Part shown: piece after piece, positions 1-13,851 of the stretch | Layout of the letters: each line of letters starts with the position of its first letter | How positions within the stretch are numbered: the first letter of the stretch is position 1 | NCBI GenBank assembly: GCA_030141605.1 | Contig: JAQGDQ010000337.1 | Location: 186,001 to 250,000 of the forward strand | Length of the DNA stretch: 64,000 nt | DNA from: Tubiluchus corallicola | Taxonomy: Eukaryota; Animalia; Priapulida | Direction: 5' to 3' | Position numbers and translations under genes: made by a program | The notes under the pieces: generated by a model | Database searches by the model: none | The model's input: the letters and a program-made list of their open reading frames with translations, nothing else | Told to the model about the DNA's origin: nothing

Positions 1-979
1 TACAATCATATTTTCCATAACAATTATGTTAATTACCCGGTTTCATTGTAATTTTTTGAAAGTACTGCAAAGAGTGTGGTCATGCGGTCAATGTGAATTG
101 GTTTTCGAGTTTTACTGGGATTTTTTTTCAATGCACCGTAAATAGTGTGGTCACGTGGTCAATCTGAATTCGTGAAGTTCGAGAGGTGATCTGAACCGCG
201 TACAAGTGCACAAATTACGCCATGATTGTGCACTTGTTGTTAAACTTCAATCAGTCTGCCATGATGATTAGGATATGAAAGTCAGTGAATCGTGAACATC
301 ATTGTCCACACTGTCTGATTACAGGCTGCGCAGAGAGTAGTACACTCACCCAATTTAATCAATTTCGCGTATTTTCCCGCAAACCCCACGTGACCTCAAA
401 ACTAAGAGCAGACAGTCTGCCCTACTCATCACCTGATGGCAGTGTGCCTGACCGGTTAACAGACTCAACCAATCGATAGTTTGATTAGACTACGCTGAGC
501 CTTTCATTAAACAAAGTTGCATGCAAGAAGCATCGAATTGCATTCATTAAGAATCCTAATGTAATGTCTCGAATAAGTTTGCTAATAGAATAATCGCATA
601 AACTGATTATGGATGCACTAAAGGTACGTTCACAATAATCCACTAACATTGTGAACATCTCAAAACAACACTATGCATGTGATGCATACACTTTGCATCT
701 CAAAACAAGCACAGTGTAGTAAGTTTACATATTATGAATAATATCAAACAAAGATCTGTCGATCTTTAACCCATGGTGTACAAGAATGTCAACATGTCCA
801 CTATTATGCCGTGGATTATAGCTTACAGCTCAAGATGATTTTATAGCCAAATTTATGTTATATAATTTATAATTCAACTTCACGTGTAATTTTCTTTCCT
901 AATGCAGAAGGTGGTTCTCAGTCTGTTAAATATATATCTGTCATGGTGTGTTGGGTGTGCAAGTATTGTGTGATGGTAA

Positions 980-1270
980 TAGTTTAGTTTAGTTTAGTTT
1001 ATTATTGGCATATACATTATACTACAATTACAGACATACAACAAAACAACAACAAAATACAAAAGTACAAAATAGAGCTATTACATTATAGCTACGGAGC
1101 CAAAAAAACACATAACAAATAACAAATTTATATAATTTTAGTATAGATACAGTTAGCGTATCATGAAAAAATAATAAATAATGTTATCAATATTTACATA
1201 TTAGTACTATTTACTCCATTTTTAAAACACTTAAAAATGTAATAGGCGACTATTTTGGTTATATGGTGAC
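980..1270 (-). repeat. Dispersed repeat, probable retroposon 3' end with (AAACT)n tail; second copy at about 2486-2740
   Basis: About 250 bp shared with 2486-2740 (e.g. aaaacaacaacaaaatacaaaagtacaaaat); (AGTTT)n run at 981-1000. Confidence 0.7.
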
Positions 1271-2485
1271 TACTGCGATGTGAAATACCATCAAAAGCGC
1301 AAACAATTGGAAGGATGATGGTTGAGCAAATGAGCGAATAAACAGACACACGGACAAACAAGCAAGTACGCAAAACGGAACACACCAGACAAAATGCAAC
1401 ATAAAAACGGAAACAGACTGACAATGTGCGGCTCGGCTTACATGTTTAACTTCCACGAAACGCGTCTAAATAATCAGAGGCAAAAATTAATGGATTTTCT
1501 CTTGTCAAGCAATGCAAGCAGCAACAGCATGTTGATTAAGCTACATATTCATCTCTCTATTTCCTGCAGGGTTCGCTGATCAATATCACGTATTATTTCT
1601 CTCTTTTTTAAGTCTGGCACCACCATTCTTTACGTCTGAGCTGTTGTGGCGCTTCCAGAACATTGTACCCCTCTTTTGGCGGGAGGGAGAGTTGACAAGT
1701 GAGCTGATTTCATGTGTATAATTAAAGCAACTGTATGTTTGAAAAACTAGGAGATAAATAGTAACTGAACCCTCAGTAAAAGTAGCTAACTCATTTTAGC
1801 CCATCTGCCAATGAATTCAATTGTTTTGGTCAATTGGCAATGTCACAATTTCATGAAATTGTGAATAAAAGTTAAATTAGGCAATTTTCTGTGGCGACGG
1901 ATTTATTTGACATAAATGTAATTGTGGAAAAGCAGAACATTTCTAGAATTCAGGAAAGCTACTAAAATTTACAATAGCAAACAACTGCAAACTATTACAA
2001 TGCACCCTCGGCAGTGAAAAAAAGACCACGTAAAACCACTTCAGTGTAAGTGCTGAATCAGATGTTACGTTTACACAACGTAAACCACCCCTAGCAAGTA
2101 AAGTTAATACTGCTGACATTTAAAATCTAAAATTTGAAATAAATCAGTGATCACGGCCGACACGTTGACGCCTGTAACACCATATCGCATCCCAGCATTG
2201 AATTTTCATTCGAAAAGTTTTCAAAAAACAAGGTTTAGTCAATCAGCTGTGGAATACAAAAGAGTAAATTTGTTATATAAGTTAGGCACGCTGTAAATTG
2301 GAATCCAACACTCAATGACAGGAGCTACTTAAGGGGGAAAGTTGTGGCACGACAGGAACTTTGCTCAATATAAGGACTAATCTTCTGCTGAGTGCAAATA
2401 GACACGATCACGGCAATGATTAGACGGCTGTCTTTTGGCAGGTGCAGTGCCATACACGTCACACACGTACGCTTCCTACTATAAT

Positions 2486-2740
2486 TTATTATTGGCCTAT
2501 AAATTACAATGACATACATACAGCAAAACAACAACAAAATACAAAAGTACAAAATTGAGCTATAACGTTATAGCCAAAAAACACATAACAAATAACAAAT
2601 ATGTATAATTTTAGAACAGATACAGTTAGCGTGTCATGAAAAAATAAAAAATAATGTTACCAATATTTACATGTTAGTACTATTTACTCCTTTTTTAAAA
2701 CACTTAAAAATGTAATAGGGCGACTATTTTGGTTATATCG
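2486..2740 (-). repeat. Second copy of the 980-1270 repeat
   Basis: Direct similarity visible by eye. Confidence 0.7.
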
Positions 2741-2934
2741 CAGTCGTTACCCCTCATTACGAATTTCAACTTTTCATTATCGTTAAAGTTAATGAAATCT
2801 ATTGATGATTGTTATAGTAGAATAAAAAGTTTGTCTTAACCGGTTATAGAATGAGCTATAAAAAACAAAAAATAAATTTCTCTTTTACTTGTTGGCTGTC
2901 ACAATGTTGACAGATTCTCATATTCACAGAGACT

Positions 2935-3200
2935 TTAGGTTGTTGATGTCCCTCTTTTTCTAGGCGCACTTATTCGTAGCTGCGTGAACATGATTTTTTC
3001 ACATTTGTTGTATATAAAATGTAAATAATTTTCTTGTTTAAATGCTGATTTAAACTTACAATAAATGTGCAGCTTATTGTTTTCGTTATTATTCCTGCTC
3101 GTTTCTTTTGTACTGTTTTGTTTCCAAAAATCGTTGCAGGCCACTTGTAGCTTAAATTTCACTGCACGGATGAACTGGGCTTCATGCATCCCGTGGTGGT
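2935..3200 (-). mobile_element. Decayed LINE ORF2 C-terminal fragment
   Basis: KLHIYCKFKSAFKQENYL...FTQLRISA resembles the KL..Y..FK....E.YL...LR.S motif downstream of the RT domain in non-LTR elements. Confidence 0.65.
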
Positions 3201-3239
3201 TTCCCACAGTTTGATATATTAGTGTAGTCATATAGTCGT

Positions 3240-3720
3240 TACTGGATAACAGTCGTATCTAGTAGTTTAGAGTTTTTAGTATATACGATCAGACGAATGC
3301 TCTCACGCTCATAGTGTGCACACACTTTATGTTTCCTACTACGACCAGAAGAGAACTGTAGGGAATATAATGTGCACACACGTTACGTTTCCTACTACGA
3401 CCAGAAAAGTGCTGAAGTGGTCATGGTGTGCACACACCTAAGATCCCTACTACGACCAGAAGAATGCTGTCACGATCATAGTGTGCACACACCTAAGATC
3501 CCTCCTAGGACCTGAAGCGTGCTGTAGCGCTCATAATGTGCAGGGAGATCCCGACTACGACCAGACGAACGTCTGTTATCAGCTGCAGAATGCAGACACG
3601 TTACGAACTCGACTACAGCTACACGGGTGCCTCAAGGCAGTCACGGAGTACGGACGCGTACCATCCCGACTACGACCAGACGGGGGTCTGTTGGCGGTCA
3701 CAGACTTTATCGATCGGCAG
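3240..3720. repeat. Degenerate tandem repeat, about 55-57 bp unit
   Basis: Recurring CTACGACCAGA and GTGCACACAC (about 3334, 3391, 3446, 3552, 3667). Confidence 0.8.
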
Positions 3721-4544
3721 TGACAACCTACTAGTAGCAAGCGGCTTCAGTTGAACTTTTTTTCTCAGTAGTGTAGGGTTTTTATCAGTAGAAGCCAGAA
3801 CCCAGTAACTGCAACTGTAGCTACTGCAGGCAAAGAAGCGTGGACCTGCTGTATGAAGCTTGTAAGTTGTCAACACAATTAAAACAACTCGTTGAGCAGA
3901 AAAATATGGAAGCAAACGAGCTACCACAGCGACATTTTACAATTATTTTTGCTCATAAATGAGTCATGGTTAAAATGTGCACAATGGTTTAAACGTAAGA
4001 TGATCTATACTTTTACGATGGTACCTCAAATATTTCAGATTTAAAATAAGTGCTTACGTTGACATATAATGGACACTTTAGAATGACTATAAAATGCAAA
4101 CTCTAGCGCCATTTTTAAGTCAAGTTTATTTTGCCCAACTGAAAATTTTCTTACAGAATACCAGTTAATCATTCGGTTTTCTGATAGCAAGAGCTTTTAT
4201 TCCGAACAATAGAAACGAGTTATTTATACCAACGTCCTTCGTAATACAGTTGCTATGCTGCGGCAAAAATTGCCTTCTCAGCATTAAAATCAGCTAGGCA
4301 CTTAAGTAATTTGAAATCTGAATTCAGCAAGCTAACGCCAACAGACTGAATATAATTTATTTAGGGCATAGTCGAGTTTTCTTATACGTACAGCATGTTA
4401 ACTCTTTGACTGCCAGTCTCTAATCTGTTTCAAAAGGCGCAAGTTATTATTAAGTCAATTGACAGTTGAGGAATACCAGCAGCATTCAGAACGTATAGTA
4501 ATTACATGGTTAGCTCTTAATGTGTTCAACACTCATTTTGCGAC

Positions 4545-4610
4545 TACAAATTATTTATTTATACTTCAATAGTGGGCACAGCATAGACCCCTGTGACACT
4601 CCGTGGATAA
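4545..4610 (-). mobile_element. Reverse transcriptase remnant (LINE)
   Basis: Minus strand reads GVSQGSMLCPLLKYIN, matching the RT motif GVPQGSxLGPLLFxxYIN. Confidence 0.65.
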
Positions 4611-6591
4611 GGTAATTAATAAGCGTTTCCAAACTGTTTGAAGTTCAAGAAAACAGAGGACAAAAGGGTTCAGTTAAGTAAACATTTATAGTGATGGGTT
4701 CCACAGTTAATAGGTTAAATCTATAGCGTATCCAAACAACAAGTTCTTGGGCACATAAATCAGAGTAACAGATTATCATAGTACATAATTAAATCCTTGC
4801 CCAGTTGCCAGGCGAGAATGTAATAGCTGGCAACCGGAACAGAAACGATGATGAAAGAAAATCGTTTATTTAATTAGTCTCTAGACGTCTTGAAAATCAC
4901 TTGCACACAAACCCACACAAAATCTCTAAAAACTGAAGCTGTACCTAACAAGAATTGCGGCGCGGAAGTGACCGGTTTACGCCGAGTTTCTCACCAAGGA
5001 AAAGAAATTAAAATTCCAATGCATATGACGAGAATGTTCCAAATCTTTCTGAATTTGCAGGTTATTTTGTCTAGCAATTCTTGTGCCACAATTTAAATAA
5101 TCTTTCTATAATGTGTAAAGCTGATATTGTCTGACAGGTTAGTTTATTTATCTAACTGCTTGAAATTTGTTTATTAGTTGAGATCGTAGGATGATAGCAC
5201 ACGTAACCTTGGTTGAGCAGTGTAGCGTTAGTTTTTTAGATTTGTGCTATGCAAAAATCAATTCGCTGTGATCAACATATGTTCATCAAATTGGAACCAA
5301 ATGAAATGTACGAATGGCCAAACTGCAAGCCGAGTGACGCTACTTACTGAACTAAACGCAAACAGTGCAATAAATCAGTGGTTTCTAATGCAGTTTAAAT
5401 ACGAATTTAGCTTACAAACCCATTGAGATAAGCACTATCATATGGACATAAGCGGAAAATACATTTTCCACAATTTTTTGGACCTACCTTATGTAATTTC
5501 AATCATAGCTGCTACAAGTTTCAAAGCCTTTAAACTTTGCCGACGTGCAATATTAGATTCTTGGTTGCTTAGCAACAAATTACCTATTATACAACGTCTG
5601 CCTGCTAAAGTGGTGTAATAAGGTTTATTTTTTATGACTAGCATCTGCATGAATCAAGAGAAACACGAGATGCTGTAAAAGCTCTTCCTCCGCAAAGAGG
5701 CGCCACTTAACCATTTAACCCTTTCACTGCTATACTTAACCCCTTCACTAGTTTCAGTAAGAGCAACGAACAAAATCGAAATTCGTCGAAACATGCCAAA
5801 GAAAAGCCATTATGAGACTACAGTAATGACTAAATAGTAAATAGATAATTAGCTGCTAAACAACAAGTCCTGATGCCAAACACTGGCCTGTTGCATTAAA
5901 CACAGTGCACTCTTTGCGACGTATGTATGTGAAGGATAATAATGGCCCATTTAGACGACCCCGTTGCACACATAAATGACAACTTTACTACATGTGCTGC
6001 CAATGAAAATCGGTTTGCATACTTGAGTGACACGCTTCCCTGATGAGATCTACACAATACAATCAGAGTTCGAATCTTTTCACGTAACCGCTGCTTTTGT
6101 AGCAGAATTTTGTTTGACCGTGGGGAAAGCCCGATAGTCTATACGTGACAGTTATCCGGTAGCGTGACGTGCAAGAATAAGAACCTTGAGCGTCACTCAT
6201 TTATAAGACGATGCGCAAAAGGCTTAAGTTAATACCTTCATCACATCAAATCAGTAGCTGCATCTGGCTTTCACTCTGTCACGGTTTTTTCCACCAATTT
6301 TTCATCCATTTGATCTGTGTCGTTTTCAGAAAACTTATTTTTGACCTTGAAACATCGATTTAAGGTGAACAGCTAATCCATCAAGATAAGTTTCTATCAA
6401 ATCATACAAATTAACCAAGTTTGTTTGCCAACTTTTAGGCTTTGATTTAAAGTTTTTGATTTAGATCTAATGCCACTCCACGTCACTTACTATCCTACTA
6501 GAATTTGTACACCATTGGACATGTAAGTGTGTTTGACTGCTACGTCAATCCCTTCTAAAGGAAAACAAGATGATGATATTTCATATGCTAC

Positions 6592-8137
6592 CCCATTTTG
6601 AAGCACGATAAAAATATACATTATATGACTTATAAAAATGCCAAAGCATTTCTGTTAATTAAACAATTGGTTAAAAAGTTAATTAACAGAAGGAGAGCCC
6701 AACTACTGATGACATCACAATTGAACGCTATTTTCAACAGAACATATAACTAAAGTACAGTGCTGCTGTAGCTCTGCTCATGCATCAGTTTTCCAACGTG
6801 TGCACTACGTCATAACTGAAGACCTCTAAACTGAGAAATACAGCACCTATTTGTGTGCAACGTGTTTCCGAGCTGTAGGCGTTGGTGCCCATCTAACTAG
6901 CAGATGGGAAAATGCGCGTAACAGCAAAGAACTGTTCTAGCGAACCCGAAATTACGTTAAATTCTTTCAAACCAGTCACTGCTGAAAAAATAGTGTTCCT
7001 TTTTAATATTTTGTAAGGTAAATTTTATGAGTTATAGTTTACAGAAGGAAACGGTTTTCCTTTAAGGTTTTAGATTTGTAGAACATTTCATCATCTTCGT
7101 CATTACGGCAGTCATTCAAAATCCTCGCACTTCACTGCATACAGAAAGAGTTAGACTGAGAAATCCAAGCAAAAAAAACCATATTACCACGCCATCGAGT
7201 TGTAAAGAGCCCATAAAAAGATCATATTTACTGCTAAATTATAAATCCTAATCATCAAAACGTAAAAATTTGTTGATAAAATCTATAACTTTGGCACCAT
7301 TGCTTGCTTTTGATAAACTAACTGACACTGGATGGTACAATTTTTTTTATTATTTAATTCAAGTTCAATGTTCTACAAAATCATAAGAAGAAATGGTAAC
7401 TGCACTATATTTATTGCTTTCAATAGAGTCTTTTCATACATCAGACAGAGCAAAGTGCCCCATATGTATTTTGAACGTATAATTATTATGAAATGGCAGA
7501 ATACGCCCTGCAAATGTACAGTCTAAACTGACGCTTTCATTGAAAAGTGACTTGAATGTTAAGAGTGGTATGTGACGGAATTATATGACATTATATAGCC
7601 ATGGTTTACATTTTAAGAGTATTTTGTTGGAGGCTTCTAGTCATACAGAGGTCAGTGACTTGTTAGGAAAGGAAGAAGATCGTTCAGTTTTTGAATTCGC
7701 CGCTGGTGTCTGATCCACAGTGAAAGCAAATGACAAGATTAAGCAGCTTTTGGATTTTACAAGGACTATCAGTATTTTATCTTTAGCAGAGAACCACAAT
7801 CTGCAGTGATTGATCTCAAAATCTCTGTGTTGGACGCTCTGCTCATGATCTTGAATGAATGACTTTTAGATGGTAGCACCATTTTGAAGCACGACAAGAA
7901 TATACATTACAAAACCTATAAAGTATTTCTATTAATTATATAATAGGTTAAAAAGTTAATTGGCAGGAGCAATTTTCAACAGTACAAAACAAGCGTGTTG
8001 CACAAAGTGAAAACTAAAGTACAGTGCTGCTGTCACTCTGCTCATGCATCAGGTTTTCAACGTGTGCTCTACGTCACAACTGAACACCTCTAAACTGAGA
8101 AATACAGCACCTATTTTTGTGCAACGCGTTTCCGAGC
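6592..8137. repeat. Direct repeat pair of about 260-280 bp (6592-6870 and 7878-8137)
   Basis: Shared ccattttgaagcacga...aactaaagtacagtgctgctg...cctctaaactgagaaatacagcacctattt...gtttccgagc. Confidence 0.85.
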
Positions 8138-9759
8138 CCCATTACAAGTCCATATTGCAACAAAGCACTATGGTAACATCTTTATTTCTAAACATACATA
8201 GATATGTATAAGTATGTCAAATCCCAAACATGCGCAGGTACACCAACTCCCAGCAATGCTGCATTTTCAAACAAGTCATAGCTTTGTAGGAATGTTGACT
8301 AGAATAAAGCATGACATTACCTAACTAACTAACATGGTAAATTTCATTATTTTGCTATTTCCTGTTGTAACCAAATGCACGTTGTGTTCACCGGAAGCGG
8401 AAGATAATTTCAAATTTTGGAGCCCGTCAGAGACCGTTCAAAGCTGAGAGTTGGAGGAATCAGCTAGCCATTATCAGACGTTTAGTTATCTTGCAGTTTT
8501 TATTGGACAAATTATCAGAGCTTTTAAGAGAGATGACCCCTATAAATTTGTAACAATGACGACAGTTAATGTGGCTACAATTTAGGACAGTTAATGTGGC
8601 TACAATTTAGGTTGTAACTGCTGAGAACCACCATGTTGTTTTGCTATTCAAAATATTATTGAGCACAAATCTTATTCATTTCTTAATGAGAATATGTTGT
8701 CAGGCGTTATCAACAAGGTCTAACATTCTTCAATCACCTTAGGGTCAGAATAGGTCATCTAGAGACAAAATAATTAAACATGGAGACAGCTTTTTCAAGT
8801 GCCAAGAAGAAAACAAACAACTAAGAGTGTGAAAGCTTAACCTATGTTTCTCACTACTCTCAGTCACGTAGGCCCAACCAACAATATTATTCCACTGAAT
8901 CAACGTTTACCAACCAAAATAAAGATGTTGTCTTTGCTCAAAACCCAAACAACATCAGTGAGATAGCCAAAATTATTGCAGCTTGATTAAATACGCTCTT
9001 TTTAAAAGGCAATTTGATGTTTGGCCTGTTGCTTGACGACAGTTGTGACATTTTTCACAATATTAGTTTGTATATGACAGACTTGACAGCCTTGCCATTC
9101 TTAATCCCCTGACTTTAATTACGACAATAACAATAAACGACATTTATTGTGAGGTAACGGCGGTCATCATTATTGCTTATTGTTCAATAATGATAGACAC
9201 ATGGTACAGTTACCAATGCCAGGTTAGATGATTGTTCCCTTGTTTGATGATTGGTAGTATCGGTTAGTATTACAGCTCACTGTTGTAGGCGACAGTCAGT
9301 ATCATTTTACTGATTACTTGGTGATGGCAATAATCATCACTGCTTATTGTTTAGTAACGCTAATCACATAACTGTACGTTGTTTCGCATTTGGTAGCACT
9401 CGTTAGTCAAATCGCAACTCGCAACAACACATCGTGCGGTAAATGAAAGCATAAACTTAGCATTACTACCAGTTGGTTCATAATGACAGTCATTCATCAT
9501 CATCATCATCACCATCACCATCACCATCACTGCTAAATGGCTCGAAATTGATAATCAAATTCACAGTTGTTTCTTAACTGCTTGATATGGAGTCAGCTTC
9601 ATAACCAATTGCTGGTAAATTCGTAATGGCAGATCAGTATGGTGCAGACAGTCCATTAGTTATTGTTTGGTAATAAAAATGAAGATCAGTGCTAATTCCT
9701 TGGTAAAGAAAGACTGTGTACATCAGTGAACTATGAGTCAAAATAACTGATCACTTCTT

Positions 9760-10570
9760 AGTAACTACAGTCAGCATCACTGGTCAGTCCTTAGTAATGA
9801 TTGTCGATATCATCGGTCTGGCCTTGGCAATGACAGTCAGCACCATTGGTCAATTCTTGGTAAAATGACTGTCAATCATTGGTCAATCGTTGGCAATGAC
9901 AAGTCAGCATCATTGGTCAATCTTTGGCAATGACAGTCAACATCACTGGTCAAATCATTGGTAATGACAGTCAGCATCACTGGTCAATCCTTGGCAATGA
10001 CAGTCAAGATCACTGGTCAATCATTGGTAATGGCAGTCAACATCACTGGTCAATCCTTGGTAATGACTGTCAGTATCATTGGTCAATTCTTGGTAATGAC
10101 TGTCAATATCATTGGTCTGGCCTTGGTAATGATGTCAGCAGCATCACTGGTCAATCCTTAGTATTCAGAGTCAATATCATTGGTGGGGGGTTTGGCGTTG
10201 GTAATGATAGTCAGCATCACTGGTCAATCCTTGGTAATGACAGTCAGCATCACTGGTCAATCCTTGGTAATGACAATCAGCATCACTGGTCAATCCTTGG
10301 TAATGATTGTCAGTATCATATGTCAATCCTTGGCAATGACAGTCAGCATCACTGGTCAATCCTTGGTAATGGCAGTCAGCATCACTGGTCAATCATTGGT
10401 AATGACTGTCAATATTATTGGTCAATCCTTGGCAATGACAGTCAGCATCACTGGTCAATCATTGGCAATGACAGTCAGCAACACTGGTCAATCATTGGTA
10501 ATAACAGTCACGGCCAGCATCATTGGTCATTGCTTGGTAATAATTGTCAAAATCACACATCAATGTTTTG
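9760..10570. repeat. 33-bp minisatellite (about 24 units), with more degenerate units leftward to about 9040
   Basis: Unit TTGGTAATGACAGTCAGCATCACTGGTCAATCC, e.g. starting at 10231 and 10264. Confidence 0.95.
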
Positions 10571-11539
10571 GTAGCAGCAGGCAACAAAACTGCTGATCGT
10601 TCATTAATGACAATCGACGTCGCCCGTCGTTTAATAAGCAAAGTCACAATTTTGATTCATCTTTGCTTGGAGACAGTACTAAGTAGCTTATATTTTAATA
10701 AATCACTGACTAGGCCAAACGGTAAAATATATTCTTGCAGTTGCAGATAAGTACACAGCATAAACAGGGAAATCAAAATCAGCCACTAACAGCGTAGCAA
10801 ACATCTGCGTCAATCCCATCTGAATTAACAAATTACATTTACATCTAAATAGTATTAATGATTGCCACTGCTAAGCAATGAAACGTGAAGAAATGATTTC
10901 ATAAATAATGGAATAAATGAATGAATAAACGAAGTAACGAAAGAATAAATACGTGACCATAACGTAAATAATGCGTAGTTGGTGCATCAGTTAGCTACTT
11001 CACATTCAGGAAAGGTTCCCAGACCCACTTGCATCATTGTTCAAATTTGGTCACTCATTGGTTGGGGATTAAGGCAAAAACAACCGGAAACGGCGAAATT
11101 CGGAACTTAAAGGAAAGGCCAAGCCTTCTGGGAACTTAGACTTATTTCAATGTTCTTGAAAAATGTTCGAAAGATGCCTCGTTTAATTAGTAAAATCACT
11201 TTATAAAGTGGCAATTGTTTCACATTTGGGTGCTCCCGTTGAATGCCCATTCTTCCACCACTGACGTCGGCTGAAGAAAAGTAGCGCACTGTCAGTAAAA
11301 TGTACAATAAGTTTTTACAGATAATTATAAAGCCAATTTTGCGACATTATGCATGAATCTGAAGGTGGTACAGAACTCTGAAATTTTTAACCAGAGCGCT
11401 TACGAAAATTTACGAAGTCCACCAAGTATGTCATAATTTTCAGGTGAATGGCGGTTACCAAAATTTCTATACAGCGGTAGTATAAAATAACTTTATGCTC
11501 TATGGACGGCTTTTTTACAAATTTCTTTGTTATATTTTT

Positions 11540-12055
11540 CTAAGTTTAAGTGACAACAATAAAATAAAACCAACATGCTAAATGACTTGTCTTTGCCTTT
11601 TTAATGCTTGTGACTTGATACTTATTTTATCTTTCCATACTCTCAGTTTTTTAACTTTACTCACTAACCTTGGTCAAATTCCCCTGTTAATAAGACCCCA
11701 TTTGAAACTACTACATATGATAATCCCAATTACTGAATAATTGCATTGTTTTGTTTAGATTTTGGTATTCAACTTTATTATTTTTTTTGTTTCAGTTCTT
11801 TTTGGATAATTTGTATCATTTATACTGTTTTTATTTGTATATTTCTCTTATTTGTTTTTGTTTTTGTTATCTGCAGCATCACCATTAATTTTTAATATAC
11901 TAATCTATTTATAAGAAAGGGCAGGAGACTAGATGACCCTATGGTCCTTCCCTGCTCTGCTTCATGATTATAATTACTTGATATTTAAAAAACTTTTGAC
12001 GTTAAACTAATTGGAGAAAATAATGTTCTATGTCTATGTCTATGTCTATGTCTAT
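11540..12055 (+). mobile_element. Probable LINE 3' tail ending in (CTATGT)n
   Basis: T-rich tract, a small stem (gggcagga...ccttccctgc) and a terminal microsatellite at about 12026-12054. Confidence 0.45.
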
Positions 12056-13671
12056 TTAAAAAGAGTGAAGTAATAGTTAATTAGTATTTTGTTGGTCAGT
12101 TTTAAAAGAGAAATTTCAGTATAGCTTGGTTGTTTAAAGAATGTTTAAGAATCGCAAGATGCAGACGACAGAGTCAGCAAATAACCGATGCAGATCAAAT
12201 GAATATCAAGGGCAAAAGCGTTGAAGCACAGCCAGGGCCGACAAAAAGTTAAAATTATAATCATCATTTTCAAAAATATTTCTTCCTGTCTAAAAGCGCT
12301 TTGCAACGCGGTCACGTAGCCGCATGTATCACGTGACCGGCCACGTGACGTGACTCACTCGTTCCTCGTGACCTTTAACTCCATCATTTGTCAAGAAGTC
12401 CTGGGATGTACTTAGAAAGTTTATCGTCTAAAATCCCAAGGTACTCTAGTAGCTTTGCGCTTCAAAACAAACATCATCAGACTCTACTTCCTGCTAAGCT
12501 TGTGTAGTACCTTTAAATGTAAAGTAAAAACTTGTGCTTGCGCTTCGATACAGAAATTGCCCGCAAGTTTTTGTTAATGATGACTGAACCATTTCAGTCC
12601 AATTAAAATGGCAAAAGAAAACATCCAAACGAGGACGAGGGCTGAAGGAAACCGAGACATGGAGTTTTTTGTTCGCTAGGTCACAGCGGGTGTGGCTGAC
12701 TCTTTTAAAGGATAAAGCAACACGGCATTTTGTTTCCAAACCGTTACAGGTTTTTTGCCCGATCAAATAATAAAGTTTATACTGGCAACATGGCGTCGCT
12801 GAATCAGCCACACAGAAACGCCAGAGCACACTTCGCTCGTTTCCCAAGAGTTTGCTTAATATCATTCCATCGCGTTTAAAACTGTAAAGAACACATTTGT
12901 TGCTGCTTCAATTTGGCAAACTCGTAGCCGGAGCACTAAAATTCGCTTGTAATTCGGCAGATGGACCCGCTCAGATGAAGCAAAATCGCATTATTTTCCT
13001 AAAGTGTTTTTCACAAACGAGTTTATAGCTTGAGAATCTGGTAAATTTTTTCCTTGATTTTACTTTATTAATCGAGTCCTTTTACTCGATTGGGGTTTGA
13101 GAAAGGTCTCACAGCACTAAAGGTGGTAATTCATTACCTGCTAATTAACTAATGGTTATAATATAAACACCACGAAATTATAATCACCAACTATTTAAGA
13201 GCAGGAAACGTCGTTTAGGTTCAAAATTAATAAAGTAAATACTAAGTAATTGACAATTACGTGAGGCGCGCAAAAAAGCAAAACAGTTTTTAAAGATTTT
13301 TTTTACATAAAAGCTCAAAGCTCATATTTTTCTATGAGCTGAAAAGTGACATGTAAACAGCATCACATATTTGTCAAAGACCTGGATAACACTAAATAAA
13401 GAAGCATGCCTAGCTATGGGTAAATCAATGACACACTGAGGAACTCAAGATGCCAAATTATCACATGTCAGGTCGAAAATTGAAGTGATTATTTTTTCAC
13501 TTATAACACATCCATTTGTATTATCTATAGACTATCTCTTCAAAACTTTTTATATATCCTGCAGACAAATGATGAAAATCCACATGAATATGAAACATTG
13601 TTGTCATCAATAAAATGAAATCACAACTAAAAAAGCACACACAGTTATCATAAAAAAATAAATAAACTGAC

Positions 13672-13851
13672 CTTTATAGAGTCGAAACAAGCCGTGACCC
13701 TGCCATTCTGAACCTCCACGTGTGGCGGTGGGTGCGCAAACTTGCACTCCGTGTCCGACCGTGTACACTTGTTTCTCTGAAACTCCCGACACACCTCTAG
13801 GGTGAGCCACCGTGAGTCCTTGACGTTTAAGAGATTGTTTACCATTGCCAT
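13672..13851 (-). CDS. mbl: Muscleblind/MBNL first coding exon (CCCH zinc finger 1 and start of finger 2); gene continues past the left edge
   Basis: Translates to [70 protein letters not shown] and the CCCH finger are diagnostic of MBNL. Phase-0 donor AAG|GTCAGT at 13672/13671. No next coding exon was recognised in 1-13671. Confidence 0.97.

Noticed and set aside
1545-1575. Strong plus-strand acceptor (tctctctatttcctgcag)
   Set aside because: No partner exon or coding signal found; antisense to mbl and plausibly chance.
9924-10596. 216-aa His/Trp-rich ORF and overlapping ORFs
   Set aside because: By-product of a 33-bp tandem unit lacking stops; non-ATG start, several frames open at once, frameshifting indels at the edges.
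12494-12865. 123-aa minus-strand ORF in the mbl intron
   Set aside because: No recognisable motif or MBNL similarity, and no convincing splice sites.
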